Source of the DNA: Monocercomonoides exilis PA203
Taxonomy: Eukaryota > Protista > Preaxostyla
Assembly (NCBI GenBank): GCA_001643675.2
Contig: LSRY02000022.1
Span: forward strand, 682,001 to 746,000
DNA: 64,000 nt
Direction: 5' to 3'
Under the pieces are notes generated by a model. That model was given only the letters and a program-made list of their open reading frames with translations. It was not told the origin of the DNA and made no database searches. Each line of letters begins with the position of its first letter. The first letter of the stretch is position 1. Below are positions 25,597 through 36,444 of this stretch, piece by piece. A program made the translations under genes and the position numbers.

Positions 25597-28500
25597 TTGA
25601 ATGTTGTTAAAAACAAAGCTAAAATGACCATTTATGACGATGATAACGATGAAACAAATTTCGATGAAGAAGAAAATTCAAGTGTAAGTTCATCATCTTT
25701 GTATTGTGAAGATGAGAACAAACAAGCATGTTCTTCATTTCAAGCGATGGAAAAAGTCAAAATTCGTCGCAAAAATATGTTAATTTCAAATAATAATTTA
25801 CAAAACGAAAAGTTTTTTGAAAAACACGAAATTCACGAAGTGTCCATAACGTGCAGGAGAAAACAAAACAATTATTCCAACATCTTATTTTATTTGGGTC
25901 CAATGGAATTTGAATGTACTATATGTGGAGCACTGCATTTCAAATCTGAGATACAAAGAAAGAGAAATGGAATTATATATTTTAATGACTTTTGTAGTGG
26001 ATTACACAAACCTCCAATCGATATCGATCACTTTCCAGATATTCTCCGTTCTCTTTTTAATCATGAGCATCTAGAAAGTGACAATTTTTTTGAAAACATC
26101 AGAAAAATTAACTGTTTTCTTGCTTGCGGTTCTTTTTATGCAGAAACACCAGATTATTTCTCTATGCAATTCACTATTAAAGGAGAAACGAAGAGAAGAG
26201 CCTATCCTATGAAGTCATTAAGTTATGATGATCCAAAGTTTGGTCAAGTTTATATTCTTGACACAGAAGAAGCAACTGAAAAATTCAAAAGAAACACACA
26301 TAATAAGCGAGTTTTTTATAATCTATTTTCTTCTCTGTTTCAATGGTTCCGAAATTCTAATCCCTTTGCAAAAAGCTATAAAATGATGAATGATGTTTAC
26401 TCAAAGGAGCTGAAAAAGGCAATGGAAATGGGAAGAAAAATGAAAAAAGTTTGCCTCACTTTTGATCCAGAAGGCAGAAAACTTGGGAAAGAGTTTGCTG
26501 CTCCGCAATCGAACGAAGTTGCTGCAGTATTCGTCAGTGACGATGGACTGCCTCCTGTGCAGCGATTAACCATATATGCTGAAGAAGACAAGTTGTCAAC
26601 TATTGCCATGAACGATCCTTTGTGTGATCCACTTATTTATCCTTTGTTCTTTCCAAATGGAGAAGTTTACGAAGACGATAAAAAGGAGAAAGTCAAAAAT
26701 GAAGAAAATTCATCAAATGATGATGAAGTTGGATTTTCAGATGAGAAACAAAGTGATAAAAACAAATCGAATTCAGATTATGAAAGTGAAATGAAAAAAA
26801 AAGAAGATCACACAAAACAAAAAAAGAGAAGATTCAGATCAAATATTAGAACTCATGCACTCAACGTTATTGCAATCAGAAATTCATGGTCTCCAATTCA
26901 TCTTGGAGGGAAACTATTTCAACAATATATCGTGGATTCCTTCTGTCGAATAGAAGGAATGAAGACTTTGTACTATCACACACATCAACAGCAAATGTTC
27001 GGAGGTTATTATAATCAACTGAATGATGCATTAAATAACAATGATTTCGATGTAGATACTCATTCATCCTCTTCCTCTTTATCCTCTTCCTCATCTTCTT
27101 TGAATCAAAAAATATTGTTGGGAAGAAGAATAATACTTCCTTCCTCCTTTGTTGGAAGTCCTCGGTGGTCTAAACAATGCTATATGGACGCCATGAGCCT
27201 TGTTTCAAAATATGGAAAGCCAGATATCTTTCTGACTTTCACGTGCAATCCAAAATGGCCTGAAATTATCGAGAACATCGCTTCGCCGCACATTCACCAA
27301 GCTGATAGGCCAGATCTAATTGCAAGAGTATTCAAACTCAAGCTCGATGAATTAATGAGAGACATAAAGAAGGGAATACCATTCGGTTCACTCAAAGCAT
27401 ATGTATATAAAATTGAGTTTCAGAAAAGGGGACTTCCGCATTGCCATTTGCTTCTCACTTTGCATGATCAAAACAAACCAAGAACATCAGAGGATATTGA
27501 TAAATGCATATGTGCAGAAATTCCCCCTCTCAGTGAAGATGGATCAAATAATAATTTGAGAGAAATAGTATTGAGGCATATGGTTCATGGACCATGTGGG
27601 TTAGATAAACCAAATACCCAATGCATGGCTGATGGAAAGTGTCAAAAGTGCTTTCCGAAACAATTTTGTGAAGAAACAACCAAGGATAGACAAGGTTTTA
27701 TTAAATACAGAAGAAGAAAAGGTGAAGTGGTTTCATTAAACAAAAAAGAAATTGACAACAGATGGATTGTTACGTACAATCCCTACCTGCTTCGAAAGTT
27801 CAATGCACATATCAACGTTGAAATATGTTCCTCAGTTTTCAGTGTAAAATATCTTTACAAATATGTGTACAAAGGGCCAGATAGAGCTTCCATGAAATTT
27901 TCGAACAAAGAAATTGCTTTATGTTCGGATGGACCAATAACAATCACTTCCTCATCCGCATCAGCATCAGCATCAGCATCGAATTCATCTTCAATGATCT
28001 CTAATTTTGTTAAGACAGAAAATGAAAAAGAAAAAAGTGAAAAAGAAAAAATAGACGAAATCAGAAACTATATAGATATGAGATATGTCGGATCCCCAGA
28101 AGCATGTTGGAGGTTGTTCGAATATTCGATGCAAAGAATGTCACACACTGTAGTTCGTTTGGCTGTTCATCTCCCTGACAAGCAGTTTGTTTTCTTTCGT
28201 TCGGGAAAAGAATTTGAAGCCATGGAAAATGCACAACATAGAGATACAACTCTGACTGCATTCTTTAAATTGAATGCTGAGAGTCAAAAGAAATATGGAG
28301 AAAACATTTCAGATGATCCCCATGATTCAAGATCTTTGAGATATTCAGAGGTTGGAAGCAAATTCATTTTCGACAAAAAGATTCATTCCTGGAAATATCG
28401 AAGCTACAAATCAAAAATTGTCACAAGGTTGTACACAGTCAGTCCAAGAGATCAAGAAAGATATTATCTTCGTCTGCTGCTTTTGAATGCAAAAGGTCCA

Positions 28501-30321
28501 ACATCTTATGAGTATCTGAAAACATACGACAACCACATTCATAGCACTTTCAAGGAAGCCGCAGCATCTAGAGGTTTGTTATCAGAAGATTTTAACTGGG
28601 ACCAATGTTTGGAAGAAGTTGCCTCAGTTGGATCGCCAAATCAACTCCGAAAGGTATTCGCACAAATTCTGCTGTTCAACAATGTTGTGAATCCAGAGGT
28701 GTTGTGGAAGAAATTCAAAAAGAATATGTCCGAAAATTATATGATGAAAGGAGATGAGGAAAATTTTGCTTATTCAAAAGCTTACTACGATATAAACTTT
28801 TTATTTCGTTCCGAAAATAAAAATCTTGAAGATCTGATATCTGCCCCTCCCGGATATATACCCATTAAATGCATTGATGATTTATCACAAGATGATCACA
28901 TGTTATTAGCTTCAAGAAATATTCAGTTGCTAAATGAAAAACAAAAGGAGGCATTTGAGAGTATCAAAGAAAGCATTCTGAGTTCATCCCGAGGTTCAAC
29001 TGTATGCAATTGTCATTTTTTGGATGGACCTGGTGGAAGCGGAAAAACTTTTCTATATAATGTAATTTACCATTATTTGTCTGCACATTCAGTTATATGC
29101 CAATGTGTTGCTTGGACTGGGATCGCCGCAACTTTGCTTCCAAAAGGGAAAACTGTTCACTCTCTTTTTCGTCTTCCTGTGCCCATTGAGGAACATAATG
29201 CAATTTCTCTAATGGAACTGAATTCAGAAGAAGCCCAATCATTAAGAAAAGTGAAATGTGTTATTTGGGATGAGGCACCAATGGCACCGAAATATGCATT
29301 AACTGCTATCAATATTCTTCTTCAAGATCTACATGAGAACAAGGATTTTTTTGGAGGAGTTTTGATGGTTTTTGGAGGAGATTTTAGGCAACTTCCACCC
29401 GTTGTGAGAGGAGGAGGAAGGCAAGAAATGATTTCTTGCAGTATCAAGAGTTGTGATCTATGGAGTTCGTTTCAGGTCCATTCCCTATCAACAAACATGC
29501 GGACAGGAGCAGATACAGCATTTGCAAGCTTTCTCAGAAAAGTTGGTGATGGTGATTTATCGATCATGGATAAAAACAAAAAAGTTGATGTTTCACGGTG
29601 GAGAATAAATGAGGATCAACTAATTCAAAGTGTGTTCGGAAACAAATTCAACGACATGGAAGAAATAAAAATGATGAAAGATCGTTGTATATTATGCACA
29701 AAAAACGATGACACATTTGAAGTGAATAGTCAAATTCTAGATCTTATTAATTCAGAATCAAGAACTTACACCAGTGCAGATTCAGCAGAGTTTGAAGATC
29801 CCAATGACGATTACACATCATTTAGTATTGAATATTTTAATTCACTGACTCCTTCTGGATTGCCACCGCACCAGCTACATTTAAAGGTTGGAGCAATTGT
29901 TATTCTACTCAGAAATTTGGACCTCGCTAATGGCCTTTGCAACGGAACAAGGCTAATTGTGGAGCAGCTGGGGAAGCAGTGTATTAGATGCAATCCAATT
30001 TCGAATTTGTTTGATAAAAATTCTTCTGTAATTCTTGCTCCAATACTGACAACAGCCAGAGACAGGACGTTGCCATTTTGTCTCAAACGCCTGCAGATCC
30101 CGGTTCGGGTTTCTTTTGCTATGACCATAAACAAAGCGCAAGGGCAATCTTTTTCACACGTTGGGTTGTATCTTCCAAACCCAGTTTATTCTCATGGTCA
30201 ACTGTATGTTGCCATGAGCAGATGTCATTGCAGCAAAAATCTATACATTGCACTCCCTCATAAGAGAGAATATCAACAAAACAAGGTTGTAAACATCGTA
30301 TATAATGAATTAATTCAATAA
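25597..30321 (+). CDS. Helitron Rep/helicase (HUH Y2 endonuclease + PIF1 helicase)
   Basis: PDIFLTFTCNPKW, IEFQKRGLPHCHLL (HUH), KYLYKYVYKG (Y2), DGPGGSGKT (Walker A), IWDEAPM, GGDFRQLPPV, FAMTINKAQGQS and HGQLYVAMSR. N-terminal CxxC/H zinc motif. 1574 aa uninterrupted. Confidence 0.97.
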   Translation: MNVVKNKAKMTIYDDDNDETNFDEEENSSVSSSSLYCEDENKQACSSFQAMEKVKIRRKNMLISNNNLQNEKFFEKHEIHEVSITCRRKQNNYSNILFYLGPMEFECTICGALHFKSEIQRKRNGIIYFNDFCSGLHKPPIDIDHFPDILRSLFNHEHLESDNFFENIRKINCFLACGSFYAETPDYFSMQFTIKGETKRRAYPMKSLSYDDPKFGQVYILDTEEATEKFKRNTHNKRVFYNLFSSLFQWFRNSNPFAKSYKMMNDVYSKELKKAMEMGRKMKKVCLTFDPEGRKLGKEFAAPQSNEVAAVFVSDDGLPPVQRLTIYAEEDKLSTIAMNDPLCDPLIYPLFFPNGEVYEDDKKEKVKNEENSSNDDEVGFSDEKQSDKNKSNSDYESEMKKKEDHTKQKKRRFRSNIRTHALNVIAIRNSWSPIHLGGKLFQQYIVDSFCRIEGMKTLYYHTHQQQMFGGYYNQLNDALNNNDFDVDTHSSSSSLSSSSSSLNQKILLGRRIILPSSFVGSPRWSKQCYMDAMSLVSKYGKPDIFLTFTCNPKWPEIIENIASPHIHQADRPDLIARVFKLKLDELMRDIKKGIPFGSLKAYVYKIEFQKRGLPHCHLLLTLHDQNKPRTSEDIDKCICAEIPPLSEDGSNNNLREIVLRHMVHGPCGLDKPNTQCMADGKCQKCFPKQFCEETTKDRQGFIKYRRRKGEVVSLNKKEIDNRWIVTYNPYLLRKFNAHINVEICSSVFSVKYLYKYVYKGPDRASMKFSNKEIALCSDGPITITSSSASASASASNSSSMISNFVKTENEKEKSEKEKIDEIRNYIDMRYVGSPEACWRLFEYSMQRMSHTVVRLAVHLPDKQFVFFRSGKEFEAMENAQHRDTTLTAFFKLNAESQKKYGENISDDPHDSRSLRYSEVGSKFIFDKKIHSWKYRSYKSKIVTRLYTVSPRDQERYYLRLLLLNAKGPTSYEYLKTYDNHIHSTFKEAAASRGLLSEDFNWDQCLEEVASVGSPNQLRKVFAQILLFNNVVNPEVLWKKFKKNMSENYMMKGDEENFAYSKAYYDINFLFRSENKNLEDLISAPPGYIPIKCIDDLSQDDHMLLASRNIQLLNEKQKEAFESIKESILSSSRGSTVCNCHFLDGPGGSGKTFLYNVIYHYLSAHSVICQCVAWTGIAATLLPKGKTVHSLFRLPVPIEEHNAISLMELNSEEAQSLRKVKCVIWDEAPMAPKYALTAINILLQDLHENKDFFGGVLMVFGGDFRQLPPVVRGGGRQEMISCSIKSCDLWSSFQVHSLSTNMRTGADTAFASFLRKVGDGDLSIMDKNKKVDVSRWRINEDQLIQSVFGNKFNDMEEIKMMKDRCILCTKNDDTFEVNSQILDLINSESRTYTSADSAEFEDPNDDYTSFSIEYFNSLTPSGLPPHQLHLKVGAIVILLRNLDLANGLCNGTRLIVEQLGKQCIRCNPISNLFDKNSSVILAPILTTARDRTLPFCLKRLQIPVRVSFAMTINKAQGQSFSHVGLYLPNPVYSHGQLYVAMSRCHCSKNLYIALPHKREYQQNKVVNIVYNELIQ

Positions 30322-32512
30322 CGAACTGTTTTTGTCAACGCGTTTCCGAAATCAGACTTTTTGACAGTTTGTGTTATTCAATTTTATTTAATGCATAATA
30401 AATAATTTCACTGTTTATTTAATAAATAGCAATTTTTTCCACTTTTAAATATCCATATTTCTTTTTTTTCTTTTTGATCCATGACTTTTTTCATTCATAT
30501 ATGATAAAAATAAGTTTGATCGATTAAATATATTGTTTTTTTGGAGAAAAAAAGCAAAACATTAAAAAATAAAAAAATTATTATACATACAGAAACCAAT
30601 ATCAACTTTTAAAAAGGAAATATGCGTCAATTTGTTTTCACAAAAGGAGAAAGAAAGGTTTTTGCATTTGTTAATTCAAACGCAGTGATAATTTCTATGT
30701 ATAATCATGAAAATATAACATCAACGATTTTTTCAGGTCTTTATTGAAATAGCTGTAGTTAATTTTCAATTATCACTGTTTTGTTCAATTATTGTTTTAA
30801 CATCATTAATGTTATCAGAGAATTATTTCGAAAGAACAATTTTACCACATTACAATTCTTCCAATACAAATATTTATTTGTGACTAATGTTTTTTTATTG
30901 CATTTCTTTTGTTCTCTCATTTTCTGATTAAAAAGTTTTGATTTCATTCGGAAAGAGAAACATTGAATTATTTGTTTTGTGGATGATATCAAATTCGTGT
31001 TATAATAAGAATAACTTTGTCTAACAATCAAGAAAGTCACTATTTCAAAATAGTCCAATTTTGTGTTGAGTATTTTATCGGATAGTGGATCATTCAATTT
31101 TTTAATTCTTCGTAATATTTTCTAACTAAGTTGAGCAATTTCCATCAATGCAGTTATTTATTTTTTCACAAGTTTAACTTTGCAATAATATTTTGGAAAA
31201 ATCGAAAAAAATAGCTGATCTTTCAAAAATAAACTGTTTTTCATTGTAAGAATACGAATTTATTGAAAAATCATAAAATATTATATGAATAATTAAATAT
31301 AATTTGAAATTCCAAAAACAACATAAACATTACGTCAAAAAAAAACCAATTAACTTAAATTGTTCTCATCTTTCATTGACTATGAAGAAATTCTATGAAA
31401 AACCACAAATTGACTTCAAATTCGAATAATTGAATGAAAATCGGTTCAGTTATTAGAAAAGCAGATTGTAACAGCCAATTCTGTTGAAAATGAATTTTAT
31501 ATTGAAAAAATATAATTTTGAATGAAAGATACATACATTCACTTTATGCTATTTAATTTCCAAAATGTGATCACAAGCACTAACCTTTTGGCACCTTCTT
31601 CACACAGTTGAAAATACAATGGACAAAATGTGCGTTCTGATTATCAAAAAGTGCGTCAAAGTAACATATTGTAATTAATAACATGAAACATACATGCAAT
31701 TTTCATTAAAAAATCTTAATTGATTAATAAAATTCTTGTGATGTTTTCATTGATACAATTCACATTATCATGGGATGATTTGATCAGTTTTTTATTTTTT
31801 TCAACTTTTTGAAATTAATCAATTTTGACTATTAAATGTGAATTATAATCACATATTAAATAAATTTGACTGTTCAAAATTAAATAAAATCTCCAATTTC
31901 TATGTTCTTTATCATCTTGAAAAAACTTGAAAAGTTTATTTGAAAATTTTTTAATTTTTTTTAAATGAATAATAAAATAGCTGCAACTCACATATTGACG
32001 TGTTAAGCAATTGTTCTGATGCAAAATGCAATGTTTTTTGCAATTCATCTTCCAAAAATTACAATTTGAAAAAATGTGCGAAAAATTAAATTTTCCTCAA
32101 TAATATTTTTTTCTTCTTCATATTGAATATAATTGATTTATTAGCAAAACCAACTTTAAAATGTTCAATTTCACATGTAAAAAATGACCAATATTTGTTT
32201 GTTTCATATGGTTCAAAAAATGCAAACTTTTGATTTTATTGTTGATTTTTATTAATTTTTTTTAGCTTCATGTCATTTAAAAATTTTTCGATTAATGTTT
32301 CAGATAATGAGTTTTGACAGCACAAATACCCAGTTTTTAACATATTTATGATGAAATGCGTGCTTTGCACGCATTTCATATCCTATTAACATATACATGA
32401 TTTTTGATCTATTATTTTCCATAAAAAAATATTTAGAAAAATTCAATTCTTTCAATTTTGTTCGAATTGATGCCAAATTGAAAGATACATTTCGCATAAA
32501 TGTGATGATGAT

Positions 32513-32554
32513 GCGAGTGCACGCCGGCCGCGAGGCAGGCGCATGCAAACTCGT
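32513..32554 (+). mobile_element. Putative Helitron 3' terminus: GC-rich hairpin followed by CTCG|T
   Basis: TGCACGCCGGCC-GCGA-GGCAGGCGCATGCA-AA-CTCG-T is an isolated GC island 2.2 kb downstream of Rep/Hel. Confidence 0.7.
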
Positions 32555-32597
32555 TATCATTATATTTTTATTTGAGACTTTTTCGTTACCAGTGCAA

Positions 32598-32951
32598 ATT
32601 GTGCAAAAAATACCAGACAAGATCGACTTCTAAATAACCGCTAGTTAAACAATTCTTCTTATTTTCTATAAAACATACATTATCAATACAAACTCATTTG
32701 GTATTCTAGACTATCAAATTAGCTTCATTTGTACTCAGACTAATTTGATGATTGAAATCTCGTTTATCGAGGATTTTGTTTTTCTTTGAGATTCAAATCA
32801 TTTATTTTTTCTGAGTACAAATGAAGCTAATTTGATAGTCTAGAATACCAAATGAGTTTGTATTGATAATGTATGTTTTATAGAAAATAAGCAGAATTGT
32901 TTAACTTGCGGTTATTTAGAAGTCGATCTTGTCTGGTATTTTTTGCACAAT
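32598..32951. mobile_element. ~355-bp foldback/MITE with ~140-bp TIRs
   Basis: ATTGTGCAAAAAATACCAGACAAG...GTACTCAGA (32598-32739) is the near-perfect reverse complement of 32810-32951. TSD unclear. Confidence 0.8.
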
Positions 32952-33590
32952 CAGTAACAAACAACCGCAGACTGTCACTGACCTGACCCGATAGTTGGAC
33001 AAAAAAAATTTCGATTTTGATTTTTTGTCAGTCTTCTTTTTATTAACGTTTTTTGATTCATTTATGAAACAAAAAAATTATTATATGATAAAGTTATTGA
33101 AAATGATTGTTTCAACAATAAATGTTCTGACGTAAGAATAATCATTCTATCAGTCAAGAAAATATATCTTTTCTGTCAAAAGTCATAAAGAAACACATGT
33201 TCAGTTAATGTTTCAATTGTTCTGAGTTCGTTTTGAAAAGTTTTATTAATTTAAATTTCCAAATCAATATTTGAAGAATCCTGATCTATTAAGTAATTTA
33301 AAAAAAAAAATTGTTTTGTCACATTTTATATTCAGAATAATTGCAAGTTCGACATACAGAATTTGATGGAATAATTTCGATAATTTGGGAAGATATTTTT
33401 TGCTTTATGAATTTTGTTCCATTCTGCACGTTTAATTAATTCATCAATTTTGAAAATTTTCCTATGTTTTTTTTGACATGAGATTGAAAGATTTCTCATG
33501 ATAAGGATGTGGGAAAAGTTTGGAATAAATTGTTGTTTTTTTCATAAATGAAAGAATTCTGGACCATTAGATACAATGAAAATAAAAAGG

Positions 33591-33703
33591 TTTTATTCGA
33601 AATAAAATAACTTATTCAAATAAACAAAGTTTATTCGGAATAAATTATGTTTATTGAAATAAAAAAAACTTAATTGGAATAAACTCTGTCTTTTCGGAAT
33701 AAC
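33591..33703. repeat. ~20-bp-period array of palindromic TTATTCGGAATAA-like units
   Basis: Six degenerate units. A related array lies at 39647-39735. Confidence 0.6.
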
Positions 33704-34005
33704 TTTTTTTGAAAAAAATTTGTTGTGGTTTCAAAAAAATTCACTTGAATCATTTTCTTAAACAGCACAAAAAAATGAATTATAATTATCCATTTATATT
33801 TTTAAACCATATAATTGACCAGATATGTTTAAAATGAATTGCGATCAAAAAACATTGAATAGTTATTGCAAAATGAACTATGATAAAAATTTTTATTATA
33901 TTCACAAATAATAAAAGCAATCAAAATGGACTTGCAATTAGCTACAAAATATAAATGATCATTTCACAATGTTTGTTAATTCTTTATTGTAATTTTTCCA
34001 TATAT

Positions 34006-34245
34006 GGGTGATTCTTTTTGAAAAGTCACAAATGTTTGATTTTCAAATTCTTCAAAATTTTCATATTTTGATAAATATTTTGTTAACAAATATCAAACTT
34101 CACTTAAATGGAATCAATTACTTGATAATGCTATTTCAAACATTATTGAGGAGATTTGTGAGCTGAAACATAAATTTGAGCAAAATATGAAAACTTAAAA
34201 GTATTAGAAAATTAAACATTTGTGACTTTTCAAAAAGAATCACCC
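34006..34245. mobile_element. 240-bp MITE, ATAT TSD
   Basis: ATAT|GGGTGATTCTTTTTGAAAAGTCACAAATGTTT...AAACATTTGTGACTTTTCAAAAAGAATCACCC|ATAT. Confidence 0.92.
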
Positions 34246-35439
34246 ATATATTTCACATTAATGATCAAACTGAAAAAAAAACATACAATTGCAAAACTAG
34301 AAGTCATTGAATGAACAGCATTAAGCTGAAACTACTCCAGATTCCTGATAACGCATGCTGTTCGCACCTTCACTTGAAACTCTATCAATTGCAGACAGGT
34401 GAGTTCCATTTGTTTTTGAATCATTCCATTCGCACGAAGAGAAAATATATTCCTGATTGTCTGCTATCTGCTGTTTCCCCAACTTTTGCAGATTCCTTGC
34501 ACTTTTATTACTGCATTTCTTCGAGATCAATTGAACCCAATGAACAAATTGTAAGATAAAGAAAATGAAGGAAAGGAAGAAGTTGGCATGCTCAATAAAG
34601 AAGCTGAGCTTGGGTCAGATATGTCAAGGTACTTCTGTATGAGTGATGAAGAGTCTGTATCGAAAGACGATGGGGTAAGTGGCTTCGGCGGAACGTCAAC
34701 AAGAACAGAAGTAACAAACAATTGGTGTGTTGTTAGGGAGAAAAAGAAGGAGTAGCAAATGTTGAGGATATTGCGATGTGTTGAGTGTGCATCTAGACAG
34801 ATGAAAATGTGCTGTCGAATAAGCAGAATATTTGCTATGTTCACTTCTCAACCTCTGCCTTTTATTTCTGTTGCTTAATGTGCAAGTCTTGTATCGAAAG
34901 CGTCAATTTTCGATGTGCAAAACTCGTCTTTCTCCTTAGTCTTCGTCTTCGCCTTTGGCTCTTCCAGCTGCTTCTCTTTCTTCTGTTCTGCGCTCAATTT
35001 GCTTCTGAAATCCGCTTTCTTTGCCTCTTTAATATGAGCTTGTACTCCTCACTCTTCGCTTCTCGGGGTGATATGAAGCAAATGGATGACTGTGATGTGT
35101 CCGGCAGCTTCTTCCTCTAATTCCCATTTCCCCTCGATATCTATTCGCTCAATCAGCGCAGCTATCTCGCAGAAGCCGTTTAAACCTCCAAGCAGATCAG
35201 GATATACAGCTGTGGAAGATGAAATAAATCATGATGCACATTCATAGAAGCTGCAGAATGCATTGATGGCGAAGTGGAAGAAGAAGAAGAGGGAGAGGGA
35301 GAGGGAGAGGAACAGGACGATCTGTTCGAAGACAAAAAAATTTGCGGTGTCTGAACAGAGCAAATATTCCATTTCTGGCAACTGAAAAAGAAGTGCGTGC
35401 CTTGTCTTGTGCAGCCAATGAGCTGCACATGCAATCAGA

Positions 35440-36250
35440 ACAAGGATATGAAAAAAGCAGGTTTGTTGTGCTTGCCTGCTTCTTGCTTCCAGCTGCTCAC
35501 AAAGCAACTCCACAAATACTCTTGGCATGAGATTTTAGTTGCGTTTTATCAAATACTCAAATGACACGTAACCAAGTTCCCACTTGCCATACTCATCCCG
35601 CGCGAATCACTCTTGTAATTACCATCCACAACAATTTTCCGATCTTTCATTCCAGACGCTCAGCCATCCCTTCTTTTTTGTATGCTGATATTTCCAACTG
35701 CTTGATTGCAAATAAGCATAACGCAATCTCCTTTCATTTGTATTCGTTGTGTAAGATTCATAGAACGGGTTGCATGACGAAAAAAGTTTGTGATCATCTC
35801 GAAAATACACGTCGTGGTCATAAGGAGTTGAATTACTGCAACCGCAATCGTGGGAAAAGATGAAATAACAATTATGATAGTAACTTGGAGCTTCTGATTG
35901 ATACTGCCTGAAATTCAATCCTCCACCTCTTGTAGATGTATTGCACTAAATGAATTGGACATTTCTTATTTTGATTTGTGTTGTAGGAATGAAGGAGCAA
36001 TAAAACTCTCTCCATTGCAATTTGAGAAAGAATGCGAAGTATTAAAGTACTTAAACATACGTACTCTCCCCTTTGCAACATTCTGCTCCAAATTGGATTT
36101 TCTCATTTGAAATTCTACGAAAGGAAATGCTCATTCAAAATCTGTATTATATGTTTGATTTCAACTCAATTCCGTTAATCGATTCAATAAAGAATTTCAT
36201 CAATAGCCTGCCATTCCTTGCATAATTAACGCTTTTTGTTTCATTGAGTT
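35440..36250 (-). pseudogene. Fragment of the surface-protein family
   Basis: CNPFYESYTTNTNERR...KKGWL is paralogous to SNPFFESYSTTTEKRV...NGWL in ORF 11239-12276. Confidence 0.55.
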
Positions 36251-36444
36251 AAACCCTTCAAATATTGAACATCATTATGATCCATTCACATTTATGCAAA
36301 TTTCATCTTTTTTATTTGAAGTGTTTCTAGTAATTCTATTTGATCTCCAATCCTATGGTAGAAATTTCCAGTTTTTCTTTTAATTGTTTGAGACCATAAC
36401 TGTTTGAAAAAAATTTTCTGAATAGCATTTCGATGAATAAATAT

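Noticed and set aside
33591-33703. Possible CRISPR-like array
   Set aside because: The period is only ~20 bp, there are no unique spacers of CRISPR size, no cas genes, and the context is eukaryotic.
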